NCBI RefSeq assembly: GCF_006345805.1
Contig: NC_043021.1
Span: 11,098,001 to 11,162,000 of the forward strand
Length of the DNA stretch: 64,000 bases
Direction: 5' to 3'
From: Octopus sinensis
Taxonomy: Eukaryota
Below are positions 39,360 to 52,590 of this stretch, piece by piece (within the stretch, counting starts at the first letter, position 1; every line of letters starts with the position of its first letter). The position numbers and the translations under genes are program-made. The notes beneath the pieces are model-generated. The model was not told the origin of the DNA, did not search any database, and saw only the letters and a list, made by a program, of their open reading frames with translations.

Positions 39360-40676
39360 ACAAGAACACTCAAAGAGCGCAAACCTCCGTCAAGGAAACA
39401 CCAACGCCCTCTCAACCATTAACCAGAGATGATTTTTAAAATGAGAGTATCTTCTCTCTATATATAAACGGCAGTTTGTCTGTGTGCGTGTCTGTGTGTC
39501 TGTTAGGTTGTACCCTCACCCTGACCACGGCTTTCAACCGATTCTGATGAAACTTGACACACACATAGCCCAATGTCAATTCAAAACTAACGCAGCGAAA
39601 ATTTTGAAAAGTTCCCCAGTTCTGAAGAAAATCGATAAATTCGACATGGGGTCGAGAATCAGAAACACAAACCACAGACTGTCTAGGGGACGCAACTCGA
39701 CCTTTTTAACTAAAAAAAAATTTACCATAATTTTTTTTCCATTTTTTGGCTATAACTCTCTAAAAATGCTTTATAGTTATTTCCCTTACAAACCCGAGCA
39801 ACGCCGGGCGATACTGCTAGTCTGAAATAAACTCGATTGCTCTCACAAACAAGAATACTAAAAATGAATACGACCGCTATCAAAAATTAAGTAAAAAAAA
39901 AAAAAAAAAAAAAACAGGACAAATAATCCAGGGTTAGTTAGGGTTAGGGTTGGGGGGAAGGGTATCTTTTTTTTCTTCACAAATGTAAATAAACCCAATC
40001 TGTTTCTTAAACGAGGGACATATTCATACGGCACAGAATGTTGTTTACCTCAATGGACGTCGCTGATTGGTTGAAATTGCAGAAATTGAAGAAAAAAACA
40101 ACAAATATCTTACAAACTATAGAATTTTCTCAATAAACCCAGGAAAAAAAGATGTTTTATAAACACATTCTACCAGTATACGAAGTTTAAATTTTTTTAG
40201 TTACCTAGAAATTATGTTAAAAACTGCCGTTCAAACTGAAAAGATCCCAGAATCCTTGTCCGGTACCGGATCAGTCCCAAAATCTAATCAGTTTGTGCAA
40301 GACACGAAGCCAAACATCCCTGAAACCCTAAACCGCCGCCAAGCCAACACCAACGTCCTCTCAATGATTAGCCAGAGATGATTTTTAAAATGAGAATATC
40401 TGAAATAAACTTGACTGCTCTCACAAACGAGAATACTAAAAATGAACATGACCACTCTCAAAAATTAAGTAAAGAAACCAAAAAAAAAATATCCTGAATC
40501 CTTGTCCGGTACTGGATCGATCCCCAAATTTAATCAGTTTGTGCCATTCACGGGGTCAAACATCCCTGAAAGTTTCATCTGGATCCATCCAGTGGTTCTT
40601 GAGATATCTTGTCCACGGACAAATAAACAAACGCGACTGAAAACAATACCTCCGCCTTTGCTAAGGCGGAGGTAAT
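39360..40676 (+). mobile_element. Helentron-associated (HINE/DINE-1-like) element, partly duplicated in tandem, with nested insertions
   Basis: 3' perfect 12-bp stem-loop TACCTCCGCCTT-tgct-AAGGCGGAGGTA (40647-40674); related acctccgtcaagg near the 5' end; internal ~250 bp present twice. Confidence 0.55.
39450..39820 (+). mobile_element. Non-autonomous Helitron, 371 bp
   Basis: A|TC...CTAG|T; paralogous empty site atgagaata|tctgaaataaac at ~40391-40411. Confidence 0.9.
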
Positions 40677-42516
40677 AATAGTCCTTTCTGCTATAGCAAT
40701 GTTTCTACTGACCGCTTTGGTTCCTATTTTACTTAGATGGACCCCTTATAGCCATTCAATGTAAAAAAAAACAAAAAAACATGCTATTATATTTACTGGT
40801 ACTCCGTCGGTTACGATGACGAGGGTTCCAGTTAATCCGATCAACAGAACAGCCTGTTCGTGAAATTAACCTACAAGTCGGTTGAGCGCTCTACAAACAC
40901 GCGTACCCTGAACGTAGATCGCAGGGAGATTCAGTGTGACACAGAATATGACAGGGTTGGCCCTTTGAAATACAGGTACAACTCGTCTTTGCCAGCTGAG
41001 TGGAGGGGAGAAGTGGGTAATAAAATGGCTTGCTTAAGGATATAACGAACTCACGACCGATTATATCGACCCCAGTGCATAACTGGTCCTTATTTAATCG
41101 ACCCCGAAAGGATGAAAGGCAAAGTCGACCTCAGAAAGCAGCGGCGGATGAAATACAATAAAGCATTTCGCTCGGCGTGCTAACGTTTCTGCCACCTCGC
41201 CGCCTTGCAGAGTAGAAAATATTGAAACACAACAATACATGTGAGTGGGAAAGAAACGAGGAAGGTAGTCATGGCATGTGCTAGAAACAACAGCCAAATA
41301 TCTCTTTAATAAAACAGCTTTTAGTCTGAAAATATTTACATTTTTTTTTTACCGAAAAGGCTTCTCCTGTACGTAGTGCAAAAAAGCATAGGCCAAAATG
41401 GGTCCGGAGTTGAGTGGTGACGGAGAGTGAAAAAAGAAATAAATTTTCAAAACTTTTTTCATAACAAAGATGGCCCCTATCATTTCGAAAGTAAAAAGCA
41501 AAAAAGGAAAAAAATTGGGGAAAATTCCCGCCAGATCTGAGAAATTCCAACTTATGTGAGCTTCCAGATCCGAAACTCCGTTTCCGAATTTCCTCTCCCC
41601 ACCCCATGGAAAAAATTTTCCGAATAAATTTCTTTATAATCGTAATCTATGCCGTTTGAAAGGAATATGTATAAAATTTCATTGAAAGATATCCATTTTC
41701 CTGAAACTTATGAGAAAAAAATTCGGGTTGAGTGAATTTTCTGAAACTCCTCTCTCCATCCTTTCGAAAAAATTATTTTGCACAAATCCTTGTATGCTCT
41801 GAATCTGCTGTATCAAAGTGGTATTTACTGAAATTTTCATTAAAAAGTATCCATTTTTCTGAAAGTTATAAAGGCAACAAAATCTCTGGGGTATACATCT
41901 GTAGATATGCCATACACACACACATATGTGTATATATATATATATACATATATATAAAGAAAATGGGGAAGGCAGATATCCCATAAAACGGCCTTCTTTT
42001 TTAATATTTATATACTGCTCTATTTTTTAAAGTGTGCTTCTTTCGGTTTAATGTTTTTTACAGACGACATACATGCATACATACATACATACATACATAC
42101 ATACATACATGCATGCATGTATGCATACATACATACATACTCTTTTACTTGTTTCAGTCATTTGACTGTGGCCATGCTAGAGCACCGCCTTTAGTCGAGC
42201 AAATCGACCCCCAGGACTTATTCTTTGTAAGCCTAGTACTTATTCTATCGGTGTCTTTTGCCGAACCGATAAGTTACGGGGACGTAAACACACCAGCATC
42301 GGTTGTCAAGCGATATTGGGGGGACAAACAGAGACACACAAACACACACACACATACATATATGCAACGAGCTTCTTTCAGTTTCCGTCTACCAAATCCA
42401 CTCACAAGGCTTTGGTCGACCCGAGGCTATAGCAGAATACACTTGCCCAAAGTGCCACGCAGTGGGACTGAACCCGGAACCATGTGGTTGGTAAGCAAGC
42501 TACTTACCACACAACA

Positions 42517-43125
<609 letters not shown>

Positions 43126-43570
43126 TGCGGCCATGTTGAGACACCGTCCTGAAAAGTTTTTGTCGAACAAATTAAACTCAGTACTTTGTTATCTTTTTAA
43201 AGTCTGGTATTTATGCTATCGAATTCTTTTGCTTGAACTGCTAGATTACGGAAACGTAAAACAGACCATCGCCGGTTGTCAAGTCGTGTTAGGGGACAAC
43301 CACAATCATGCACGCGCACACGCACAGACATACACACACTCACACATGCACACACACTCACACACACACACACACATACACATAAACACGTACATACACA
43401 CACACGCATGCATTGGGCGTGTGATTGCGCGTCTCTGAACACACATATGTTAATGGCCGTATAAACACATACATAACCTGATTGACTATTTATGACTAGC
43501 ATGAAAAATATCGATTTATACACTTCATCTTTTGATCGTTAACCTCTCCCCTCCTCCGCTCAGGACTCAC

Positions 43571-43664
43571 CTGTGACTCTGGCGGTAATATGCTTCCTAC
43601 CACCTCCTCGTCTTCGTCTTCGACTGTCGCAATATCGACGACCATATGGTTGACATATTGATAA
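43571..43664 (-). other. Orphan exon-like segment (94 nt) with strong CAG|GTGAGT donor
   Basis: (CT)n tract and first downstream AG at 43665-43666; two open frames; single-copy, CpG-rich. Confidence 0.35.
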
Positions 43665-43966
43665 CTACGCATCGATGATGACCATGGCAACAACAGAGAG
43701 AGAGAGAGAGAGCGACTCAGACTGAGGCTGGAAATGACAGCCAAATCTCCCTCAAATCGCCAGTGACTTGTTTTGGTGGTGGTGGAGGGAAGGACTCTTG
43801 TAATAAACGTAGTCCTAGCTGCACCGTGTGATGAATAAAAATGATGGGCTCAGAACTACTTGGATGTTTTCTGTATGACCTGGGGTTAAACAACAACAAC
43901 AACAACAACACAATTACCATAGTAACTGCAACAACAAATAGTAGCAGCTACAGTAACAACGATAAA

Positions 43967-44570
43967 GGCGGCGAGCTGGCAGAAACGTTAGCACGCCGGG
44001 CGAAATGCGTAGCCGTATGTTCTGAGTTCAAATTCCGCCGAGGTCGACTTTGCCTTTCATCCTTTCGGGGTCGATAAATTAAGTACCAGTTACGCACTGG
44101 GGTCGATGTAATCGACTTAATACCTATGTCTGTCCTTGTTTGTCCCCTCTGTGTTTAGCTCCTTGTGGGCAATAAAGAAATAGGTATATTTTTACGTTGT
44201 GAGTTCAAATTCCGCCGAGGTCGACTTTGCCTTTCATCCTTTTCGGAGTCGATAAATTAAGTACCAGTTATACACTGGGGTCGATGTAATCGACTTAATC
44301 CGTTTGTTTGTCCTTGTTTGTCCCCTCTATGTTTAGCCCCTTATGGGCAATAAAGAAATAAGAAACGTTAGCACGCCGGCCGAAATGCTTAGCGGTATTT
44401 CGTCTGCTGTTACGTTCTGAGTTCAAATTCCGCCGAGGTCGACTTTGCCTTTCATCCTTTCGGAGTCGATAAATTAAGTACCAGTTGCGTACTGGAGTCG
44501 ATATAGTCGACTTAATCCGTTTGTCCTTGTTTGTCCCCTCTATGTTTAGCCCCTTGTGGGTATTAAAGAA
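43967..44570 (+). mobile_element. tRNA-derived SINE family B (~235 bp), head-to-tail cluster. Other copies or clusters ~33590-34006(-), 47670-47915(-), 48095-48605(+), 49320-50390, 55598-55819(-), 59520-59940(-), 60971-61200(+)
   Basis: Head GGCGGCGAGCTGGCAGAAACGTTAG..GAGTTCAAATTCC; core GCCTTTCATCCTTTCGGGGTCGATAAATTAAGTACCAG; tail AATAAAGAAATAGGTA. Confidence 0.85.
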
Positions 44571-45119
44571 ACAGTAACAACGACAACAACACCAGCAAAC
44601 AACACACAACGAGATATCACAATCTACCAGAAATAGCAGCTAAATCTCTTTAAAGTCGTAGTCCACTCATTGTCCTGGAAGGCGGCAACATACATTAAAA
44701 AAATGTAGTTTTACTCTTCTACTTGTTTCGGTCATTTGACTGCGGCCATGCTGGAGCACCGCCTTTATTCGAGTAAATCGACCCCATGACTTATTCATTG
44801 TATGCCTAGTACTTATTCTATCAGTCACTTTTGCCTAACCGCTAAGTTACAGGGACATAAACACACCAGCATCGGTTATCAAGCGATGTTGGGGGACAAA
44901 CACAGACACACAAACATATATACACACACACATACATATATATATACATATATACGAGGGCTTCTTTCAGTTTCCATCTACCAAATCCACTCACAAGACT
45001 TTGGTCGGCCCGAGGCTATAACAGAAGACACTTGCCCAAGGTGCCACGCAGTGGGACTGAACTCGGAACCATGAGGCTGGTAAGCAAGCTACTTACTCCT
45101 GCTCCTATATTTACATACG

Positions 45120-45325
45120 AATAAAAAAAATACAGTTCTATATCTAAGAGATGAGGAATTACGTACACTATTTACATTGTTTACATTATTTACAATTGAC
45201 GGATATTTGCCCTCATCTTGTTTGTTGTTAGCACAACGTTTCGGCTGATACACCCTCCAGCCTTCATCATGTGTCTTGGGGAGATTTCGAACCTGGGTTC
45301 TCATTCCTAAGGTATTTTTCGATGT
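45120..45325 (-). mobile_element. Penelope-like terminal fragment with hammerhead-like motif (45232-45273; C3>A, GUU triplet)
   Basis: cac-ATGATGA-a-GGCTG-gagggtgtat-CAGCC-GAAACGT-T-gtg; abuts a (TTA/TCA)n microsatellite. Confidence 0.45.
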
Positions 45326-45619
45326 TATTATTATTATTATTATTACTATTATCATCATCATCATCATCATCATTATTATTGAGTCAGATAGCAGTGCCTG
45401 CCATCAAGCGACACTGGGGTCAAATATACGAAGCCCAGTATACCCATCATGACCATCCGTCTGATAAGAGTACACAAGGCACATGCATCACAACTATGTG
45501 TGCGCAACATGGCGGTCTCACGTCAAGATAAACCAAGACAAAACAATGTACATGATAACACTTCAATCAGTTGAGATCAGAAGCCATGAGAGCCACTGCC
45601 TGGTACTGCATCAGGGCAC

Positions 45620-45661
<42 letters not shown>

Positions 45662-46612
45662 TCACTGCCTGGCATCGAACTCGGAATCAGATGGGATGGT
45701 TCTGACCTGGGGTCGTTCAATTGGGTGGGCTGACCTGTGCTTAAACAACAAACACATATATACCACACAAATCTACTGACGTGTGTGTGGTTAGTGGGTG
45801 GTCGGTGGGTGACCTCTGTGTAGTCACAGATACCGCAAGAAATAGCAGCTGAATATTTTTCAAATCACACGTGACTGTATGGTAAGAAGCTTGCTTCCCA
45901 ACCACATGGTTCCGGGTTCAGTTCTACTGCGTGGCACCTTGGGCAAGTGTCTTCTGCTATAGCCTCGGGCCGACCAAAGCCTTGTGAGTGGATTTAGTAG
46001 ATGGAAACTGAAAGAAGCCCGTCGTATATATATGTATATGTATGTGTGTGTATATGTTTGTGTGTCTGTGTTTGTCCCCCCCCCCTCCCCAGCATCGCTT
46101 GACAACCGATGCTGGTGTGTTTACGTCACCGTAACTTAGCGGTTTGGCAAAAGAAACCGATAGAATAAGTACTAGGCTTACAAAGAATAAGGATAGATAT
46201 TAACGTGTATAAGTCTTTTCTCAAGCGTAATTTACATTGTGGAGGCGCTGTGTTCTTGAGTAAAACACTTTTATTTCATGTTACTCCAGTAATGAGTTTA
46301 GCCTGTGGTTGAGGAGCAAGCTTCTTACCACACAGCCATGCCTGCGCCTAATACGCATACAGAATTTGATCGTGTATTCATGTATAACGTATTAATATCG
46401 ATTATTTTTCAAAGAAAATTTCCCAAACTCTGACCCGATTATAATTGAGGTTGCTAATAAATTATCTCGATAATTTTCGCTGTTAAACAATCAATACACT
46501 TTTCTCTGTTGGAGTCTAGATAATTTTTTTCTCACCCTGTCTAATTTGATAATTTTCGATTTGCAAAAAAAAAAAAAAAAATTCTAAATTTGGGCAAAAT
46601 GAGTAATAACTA

Positions 46613-46981
46613 CCGTATTTTAACGTGTATTAGGAATCCTCGTTGTATAAGGAACCCCCTAATTTTGGGGGCTTAAAATTTGGAAAAAAGGTTTTGTAAG
46701 GGTGATCGCTAGCCACTAAACCTATTTTTATATTTTTTTTCTCTATTTATTTCTTTGTTTCTTTCTGCTGAAGAGCGTAGGCTCGAAACGTAAAAGACTT
46801 TCTCACTTCCCGAGCGCTAAACTAATACATCTGTTTATTGTTTACACACCCGTCTTCGTCTTTTGTTTTGTTTATTTGGTTTTGTAAATTCCAATTATAA
46901 TACTATCCATGTATAAGAAACGCCCATATTTTTTAACCTAATTTTTGACAAAAAGGGTTTCTTACACTTGTTAAAATGCGG
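46613..46981. mobile_element. Tc1/pogo-like MITE, 369 bp
   Basis: TA flanks; degenerate TIR CCGTATTTTAAC/CCGCATTTTAAC. Confidence 0.6.
46740..46900 (+). mobile_element. Same family, variant hammerhead (CTGCTGA core, 46760-46797), lying inside a pogo-like MITE
   Basis: tcttt-CTGCTGA-a-GAGC-gtag-GCTC-GAAACGT-A-aaaga, followed by a related tail. Confidence 0.5.
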
Positions 46982-47150
46982 TAATTCCATTACTTTCTTC
47001 TCTTTAACTGCACTGTGTGTGAAGAGGAGGACACTCCCGCAGATCGCGAAGAAGCTATGGAGAATATCACTTTTCCATAACTCTCTTTCATTTTGACCCA
47101 GATATTTCAAATGTATTTCCTATCTTTCTGCACTTCCTATCTTAAGGATG

Positions 47151-47475
47151 TGAGGGCGCGTGGCTTAGTGGTTAGGGCATTCGGCTCATGATCGTAAGGT
47201 TGTGAGTTCGATTCCCGGCGACGCGTTGTGTCCTTGAGCAAGGCATTTTCATTTCACGTTGCTCCAGTCCACTCAGCTGGCAAAAATGAGTTGTACTTGT
47301 ATTTCAAAGGGTCAGCCTTGTCACTCTCTGTGTCACGCTGATTATCCCCGAGAACTACGTTAAGGGTACACGTGTCTGTGGAATGCTCAGCCATTTGCAC
47401 GTTAATTTCACGAGCAAGCTGTTCCGTTGATCGTATCAGCTGGGACCCTCGTCGTCGGAACCGGCGGAGTGAAGA
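47151..47475 (+). mobile_element. tRNA-derived SINE family C, full-length. Related copies ~15340-15530(+), 31660-31840(-), 40795-41000(-), 47535-47680(+)
   Basis: tRNA head GGCGCGTGGCTTAGTGGTTAG..GTTCGATTCCC; 12-bp TSD atcttaaggatg (47139-47150, 47476-47487). Confidence 0.85.
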
Positions 47476-48784
47476 ATCTTAAGGATGGATATTAACGTGT
47501 ATAATAAGTCTTTTCTCAGCCGTAATTTAACATTGTGGAGGCGCTTGGCTTAGTGGTTAGGGGCGTTGAATTCACGATCGTAAGATTGTGGTTTCAAATC
47601 CTGAAGCGGGCAATGCGTTGTGTTCTTGAGCAAAACAATTCACTTCGCGTTGCTCCAGTTCACTCAGCTGTAGATATGAATACCTATTTCTTTACTACCC
47701 ACAAGGGGCTAAACACAGAGGTGACAAACAAGCACAGACAAACGGATTAAGTCGATTACATCGACCCCAGTGCGTAACTGGTACTTAATTTATCGACCCC
47801 GAAAGGATGAAAGACAAAGTCAACCTCGGCGGAATTTGAACTCAGAATGTAACGGCAGACGAAATACGGCTACGTATTTCGCCCGGCGTGCTAACGTTTC
47901 TGCCAGCTCGCCGTAGATTTGAGTACCACTAGTCGTTAGGGTGTTGTATTCACGGCTGCAAGATTGTGGTTTCGATCCTTGGACCAGTCCATCCGCTGTG
48001 TTCTTGAGTAAAACACTTTATTTCGTGTTACTCCAGTAATGAGTTTAGCCTGTGGTTGGGGAGCAAGCTTCTTACCACACAGCCGTGCCAACATAAGGCA
48101 GCGACTGGCAGAATCGTTAGCAACGCCGCCGGGTAAAATGCTTAGCGGTCTTTCGTCCGTCTTTACGTTTCGAGTTCAAATTCCGCCGTAGTCGACTTTG
48201 CCTTTCATCCTTCCGAGATCGATAAAACAAGTCCAGATGAGTAATGGGGTCGAGCTTGCTGGCCTTGTGCCAACTTTTGAAACCAATACAGGATGTCATC
48301 ATATACATAAATCGTATACAAGTCATGGCGGAAGCGTTAGTGCACCGGACGAAATGCTTAACGGTATTTCGTCTGCGTTACGTTGTGAGTTCAAATTCCG
48401 CCGAGGTCGACTTTGCCTTTCATCCTTTCGGGGTCGATAAATTAAGTACCAGTTACGCACTGGGGTCGATGTAATCGACTTAATACCTATGTCTGTCCTT
48501 GTTTGTCCCCTCTGTGCTTAGCCCCTTGTGGGTAATAAAGAAATAGGTATTTCGTCTGTCTTTTCGTTCTGAGTTCAAATTCCACCGAGGTCGACTTTAC
48601 CTTTCGCTTTTTATAGGCGCAGGAGTGGCTGTGTGGTAAGTAGCTTGCTTACCAACCACATAGTTCTGAGTTCATTCCCACTGCGTAGCACCTTGGGCAA
48701 GTGTCTTCTACTATAGCCTCGGGCCGACCAAAGCCTTATGAGTGGATTTGGTAGACGGAAACTGAAAGAAGCCCATCGTATATA

Positions 48785-48822
<38 letters not shown>

Positions 48823-50929
48823 TCCTCCCAACATGGCTTGACAATCGATGCTGGTGTGTTTACGTCCCCGTAACTTAGCGGTTCGGCAAAAAGCGACCGA
48901 TAGAATAAGTACTAGGCTTACAAAGAACAAGTCCTGGGGTCGATTTGCTCGACTAAAGGCGGTGCTCCAACATGGCCACAGTCAAATGACAGAAACAATT
49001 AAAAGAGTAAAAGAGTAACTGATTACGACTATATGTTTTGTTTTATTATTTTGTTTCTAGTATCTAAATAAAATGTAGCTTTTTTGTAGCGACCTTTTTT
49101 CTAGCTGAAATAGTGTCTTTTTCCCCAGATACAGAAGAATACTAATTTAAGTCAGGCTCTGTCCGCATTTGCAATCAGATTGTAAAGAGATGCAACAAAA
49201 TGTACCGTGATTACGTCAATCGATAACCTAGAAATATCACGTGTTGTTTTATTGAACGCTTTAACTCAAAGGTCAGCATGTCCATGATGACTTGGGACGA
49301 ATCAATCTTTATATTCTTTCCTACTCTAGGCACAGGCCCGAAATTTTGGGGGAGGGACCAGTTGATTAGATTGACCTCAGTGTGTAAGTGTTACTTAATT
49401 TATTGACCTCGAAAGGATGAAAGGCAAAGTCGACCTCGGCGGAATTTGAACTCAGAACGTAAAGACAGACGAAATACTACTGAGCATTTCGCCCGGCGTG
49501 CTAACGTTTCTGCCAGCTTGGCGCCCTTGTCAACCTTTATATAAATATTGCATTTGCATTAAGGCGGCGAGTTGGCAGAAACGTTAACACGCCAGGCGAA
49601 ATGCATAGCAGTATTTCATCTGCCGCTACGTTCTGAGTTCAAATTCCGCCGAGGTCGACTTAGCCTTTCCTCCTTTCGGGGTCGATAAATTAAGTACCAG
49701 TTGCATACTGGGGTCGATGTAATCGACTGCCACCTCCTTCCCCAAAATTTCTGGTCCTGGGCCTAGAGTAGAAAAGATTATATGGTGGCGAGCAAGTAGA
49801 ATCGCTAGCAGACCGTACAAATTGCTTAGCGGCATTTCGTCTGCCGCTACGTTCTGAGTTCAAATTCCGCCGAGGCCGACTTTCTCTTTTATCCTTTTGG
49901 GGTCGATAAAATAAGTTTCAGTTGAGCACTGGGCTCGATGTAATCGACTAAGCCCCCCCCCCAAATTGTTGCTCTTCCCCGAACTTCCTGGTCCTGTGCT
50001 AAAATTTGAAACCATTATTACATTTGGCGGCGAGTTGGCAGAATACTTAGCACGACGGATTGAATACCCACCGGCATTTCGTCCGTCTTTGCGTTGTGGG
50101 CTCAAATTCCACCGTAGTCGACTTTGCCTTTAAACCTTTCAGGGTCCATGAAATAAGTACCAGTGTAATACTGGGGTCGTTGTAATCGACTATTTCCCCT
50201 CTCCTGAAATTACAAATTTTGTTCCTATAGCCAAAAGGATTATTAAAAAGGCGGCACGCAAGCAGAATCGTTAACACGCCGGACAAAATGCTTAGCAGTA
50301 TTTCATCCGTCTTTAAGTTCTGAGTTCAAATGCCACTGAGGTTGAATTTTGCCTTTCGTTCCTTTCGGAGTCGATAAAGTAAGTACCAGCCCTCCCCAAC
50401 AAAAATTTCAGGCGTTGTACTTATAGTAGAAAGAAATATTCCATTATAAAACTGCTCAATCTGAACTGACACAATAGGGAACACAAAGTTTAACATTTAA
50501 CATTTCATCGATTGAGTCCTTCATAAGTTACCTCCCTTCGTAGACCTTAGCGTGGGGAACCACGTACGTCAGGAATTGTCAGGGCGAGGCTTTAGGTTTT
50601 CGGGGCAGTGATCTCACCCTATCTCTCTGTGTGATTCCCGTATTGTTGGAATACCGAATGAGAATATCAATCGTGTTAGTGAAACTTCGCAGAACCCTGG
50701 TTCGGAAAGCACTGCATTAGGGTCTCTCTTTCTTCTGATCGATTGCTCAATCTGCTAAAAACAGCTGCCAAATTCCCTTAAATCACAACCTGCTATGTTA
50801 AAAAGGGTAGGGCATTTTTGAGAACGTAGTTCGTTGATATAGGAAGATACTGGATGGTCACAGCTGGAATGCCTTTAATTATGTGTCTGCATGATTAGGG
50901 CTATGTATGTATGAATATATGTTCTCTCC

Positions 50930-50961
<32 letters not shown>

Positions 50962-50962
50962 C

Positions 50963-50997
<35 letters not shown>

Positions 50998-51040
50998 CTC
51001 TACCTATCTACCTACCTACCTACCTATCTATCTATCTATC

Positions 51041-51098
<58 letters not shown>

Positions 51099-51149
51099 CA
51101 TCCATCCATCTATCTACCTACCTATCTATCTATCTATCTACCTACCTAC

Positions 51150-51180
<31 letters not shown>

Positions 51181-51201
51181 CCTACCTACCTACCTACCTA
51201 C

Positions 51202-51251
<50 letters not shown>

Positions 51252-51270
51252 GTCTGTCTATCTATCTATC

Positions 51271-51314
<44 letters not shown>

Positions 51315-51689
51315 ATCTATCTATCTATCTGTGTGTGTGTACTCAACTGGTACTTATTTTATCGATCCCGGAAGGAAGGATAAACGAAGTCGATCATGGT
51401 TGAATTTGAACTTTAAAACGCAAGGGACCATTACTGAACACCACATAAGCATTTTTCTCCACCCGCCCTTTTACAATTCGACACTTGTTATCGCATCTCC
51501 ATTTCTCTCTTTTGTTCAGCTTCCAGTTAAAAAAAAAAAGAAAAGAAAAACAACAGCTCAAAACGAACAACAACAAAACAAACTAATTTCTCCTCCTCTC
51601 TTCCCTATATCAATGCTTATTTCTTCTTTCTTTCACTCCAACCTTTCTCCGTCTGTCGATATTTTATTTTTCTGGTCACACTTCACTTC

Positions 51690-52590
51690 CGTTGCTGGGT
51701 TTTTTTTATAATTTCTCCTTTTTCACCTCTATCTTATTTTTTATCTCTTTAATCTTTCCAAGTCCACTTTATCATCATCTCGCCACTTTATTTCGTATTT
51801 CTTCCCCTATTTTATTCTTCCTCATTATCTCTTTCGACTATCTTCTCTTTTCACTCAATCTTACCCACTCTCTCTCTCTCTCTCTTACTTACCACCTCTC
51901 ATATCTTTCTGTCTTTCTCCTCTACGTCACTTCATACCTTTCCCTTTACATTCACCCCTCCCCCTCTCACATTTTCTACATCTATCCTCTCACTTCACTC
52001 TTCTCTCTCCTCCACGAATTTCTCTTCCTGACATTTCCGTCCACACTCCCTTTCTCTCTTTATACACCATTAGTATTTTTTCTCTCACCATCCTCTAATC
52101 CCCCTCTCTCTCACTCTCATTAATTTCTCCTTCCTGCCCTTCCCTCCTTCCTCTACATCTGCTCACCGTACACCCTCTCTCTATCTTTTCTATTATCGTT
52201 CTCTCTCTTTCTCCACCCTTTCTTTATCTTTTACTCTTTCCTTCTCATACTTTTCTTTCATCTTTCGCCGTATCTCTCCCGCCATCCCCCAATTCTCCCT
52301 CTCTCTCACTCTCCCTAACTTTTCCCTTATCCTTCCTCCTTCCTCTCTCTATCTCTTACTTCATCGTCCTTTATCATATCACATCCCTTTCTTTATCTCT
52401 CTTTCCTTCTGACTTTCCTTTTAATTTTTTCTCCAATGACATCACTCCCACCATCCCCCAATCCCCCTCTTTCTCATTCTCCCTAACTTTTTCCCCTCTG
52501 TCCTTCCCTACCTCTCTCTCTATCTCATCTCTGTACTCCCTCTCTCTCTATTCCTTACTCGATCGTTTTCCCCCTCCTTTCACCTTTCTG
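51690..52590 (+). repeat. ~0.9-kb degenerate polypyrimidine tract (a second one at ~25005-25520 has ~105-bp sub-repeats)
   Basis: G almost absent on + strand. Confidence 0.85.

Noticed and set aside
39935-39955. TTAGGG-like repeats as an interstitial telomere
   Set aside because: Only 2-3 imperfect units, internal to a transposon fragment.
47151-47230. tRNA-like sequences with A and B boxes (also 35023, 378, 43967)
   Set aside because: They continue into SINE bodies with tails and TSDs and lack a complete acceptor stem, so they are SINE heads rather than tRNA genes.
50520-50600. U1 snRNA-like words (TTACCT ... CAGGGCGAGGCTT)
   Set aside because: Only a 13-mer match, with wrong spacing and no Sm site or stem-loop IV; consistent with chance.
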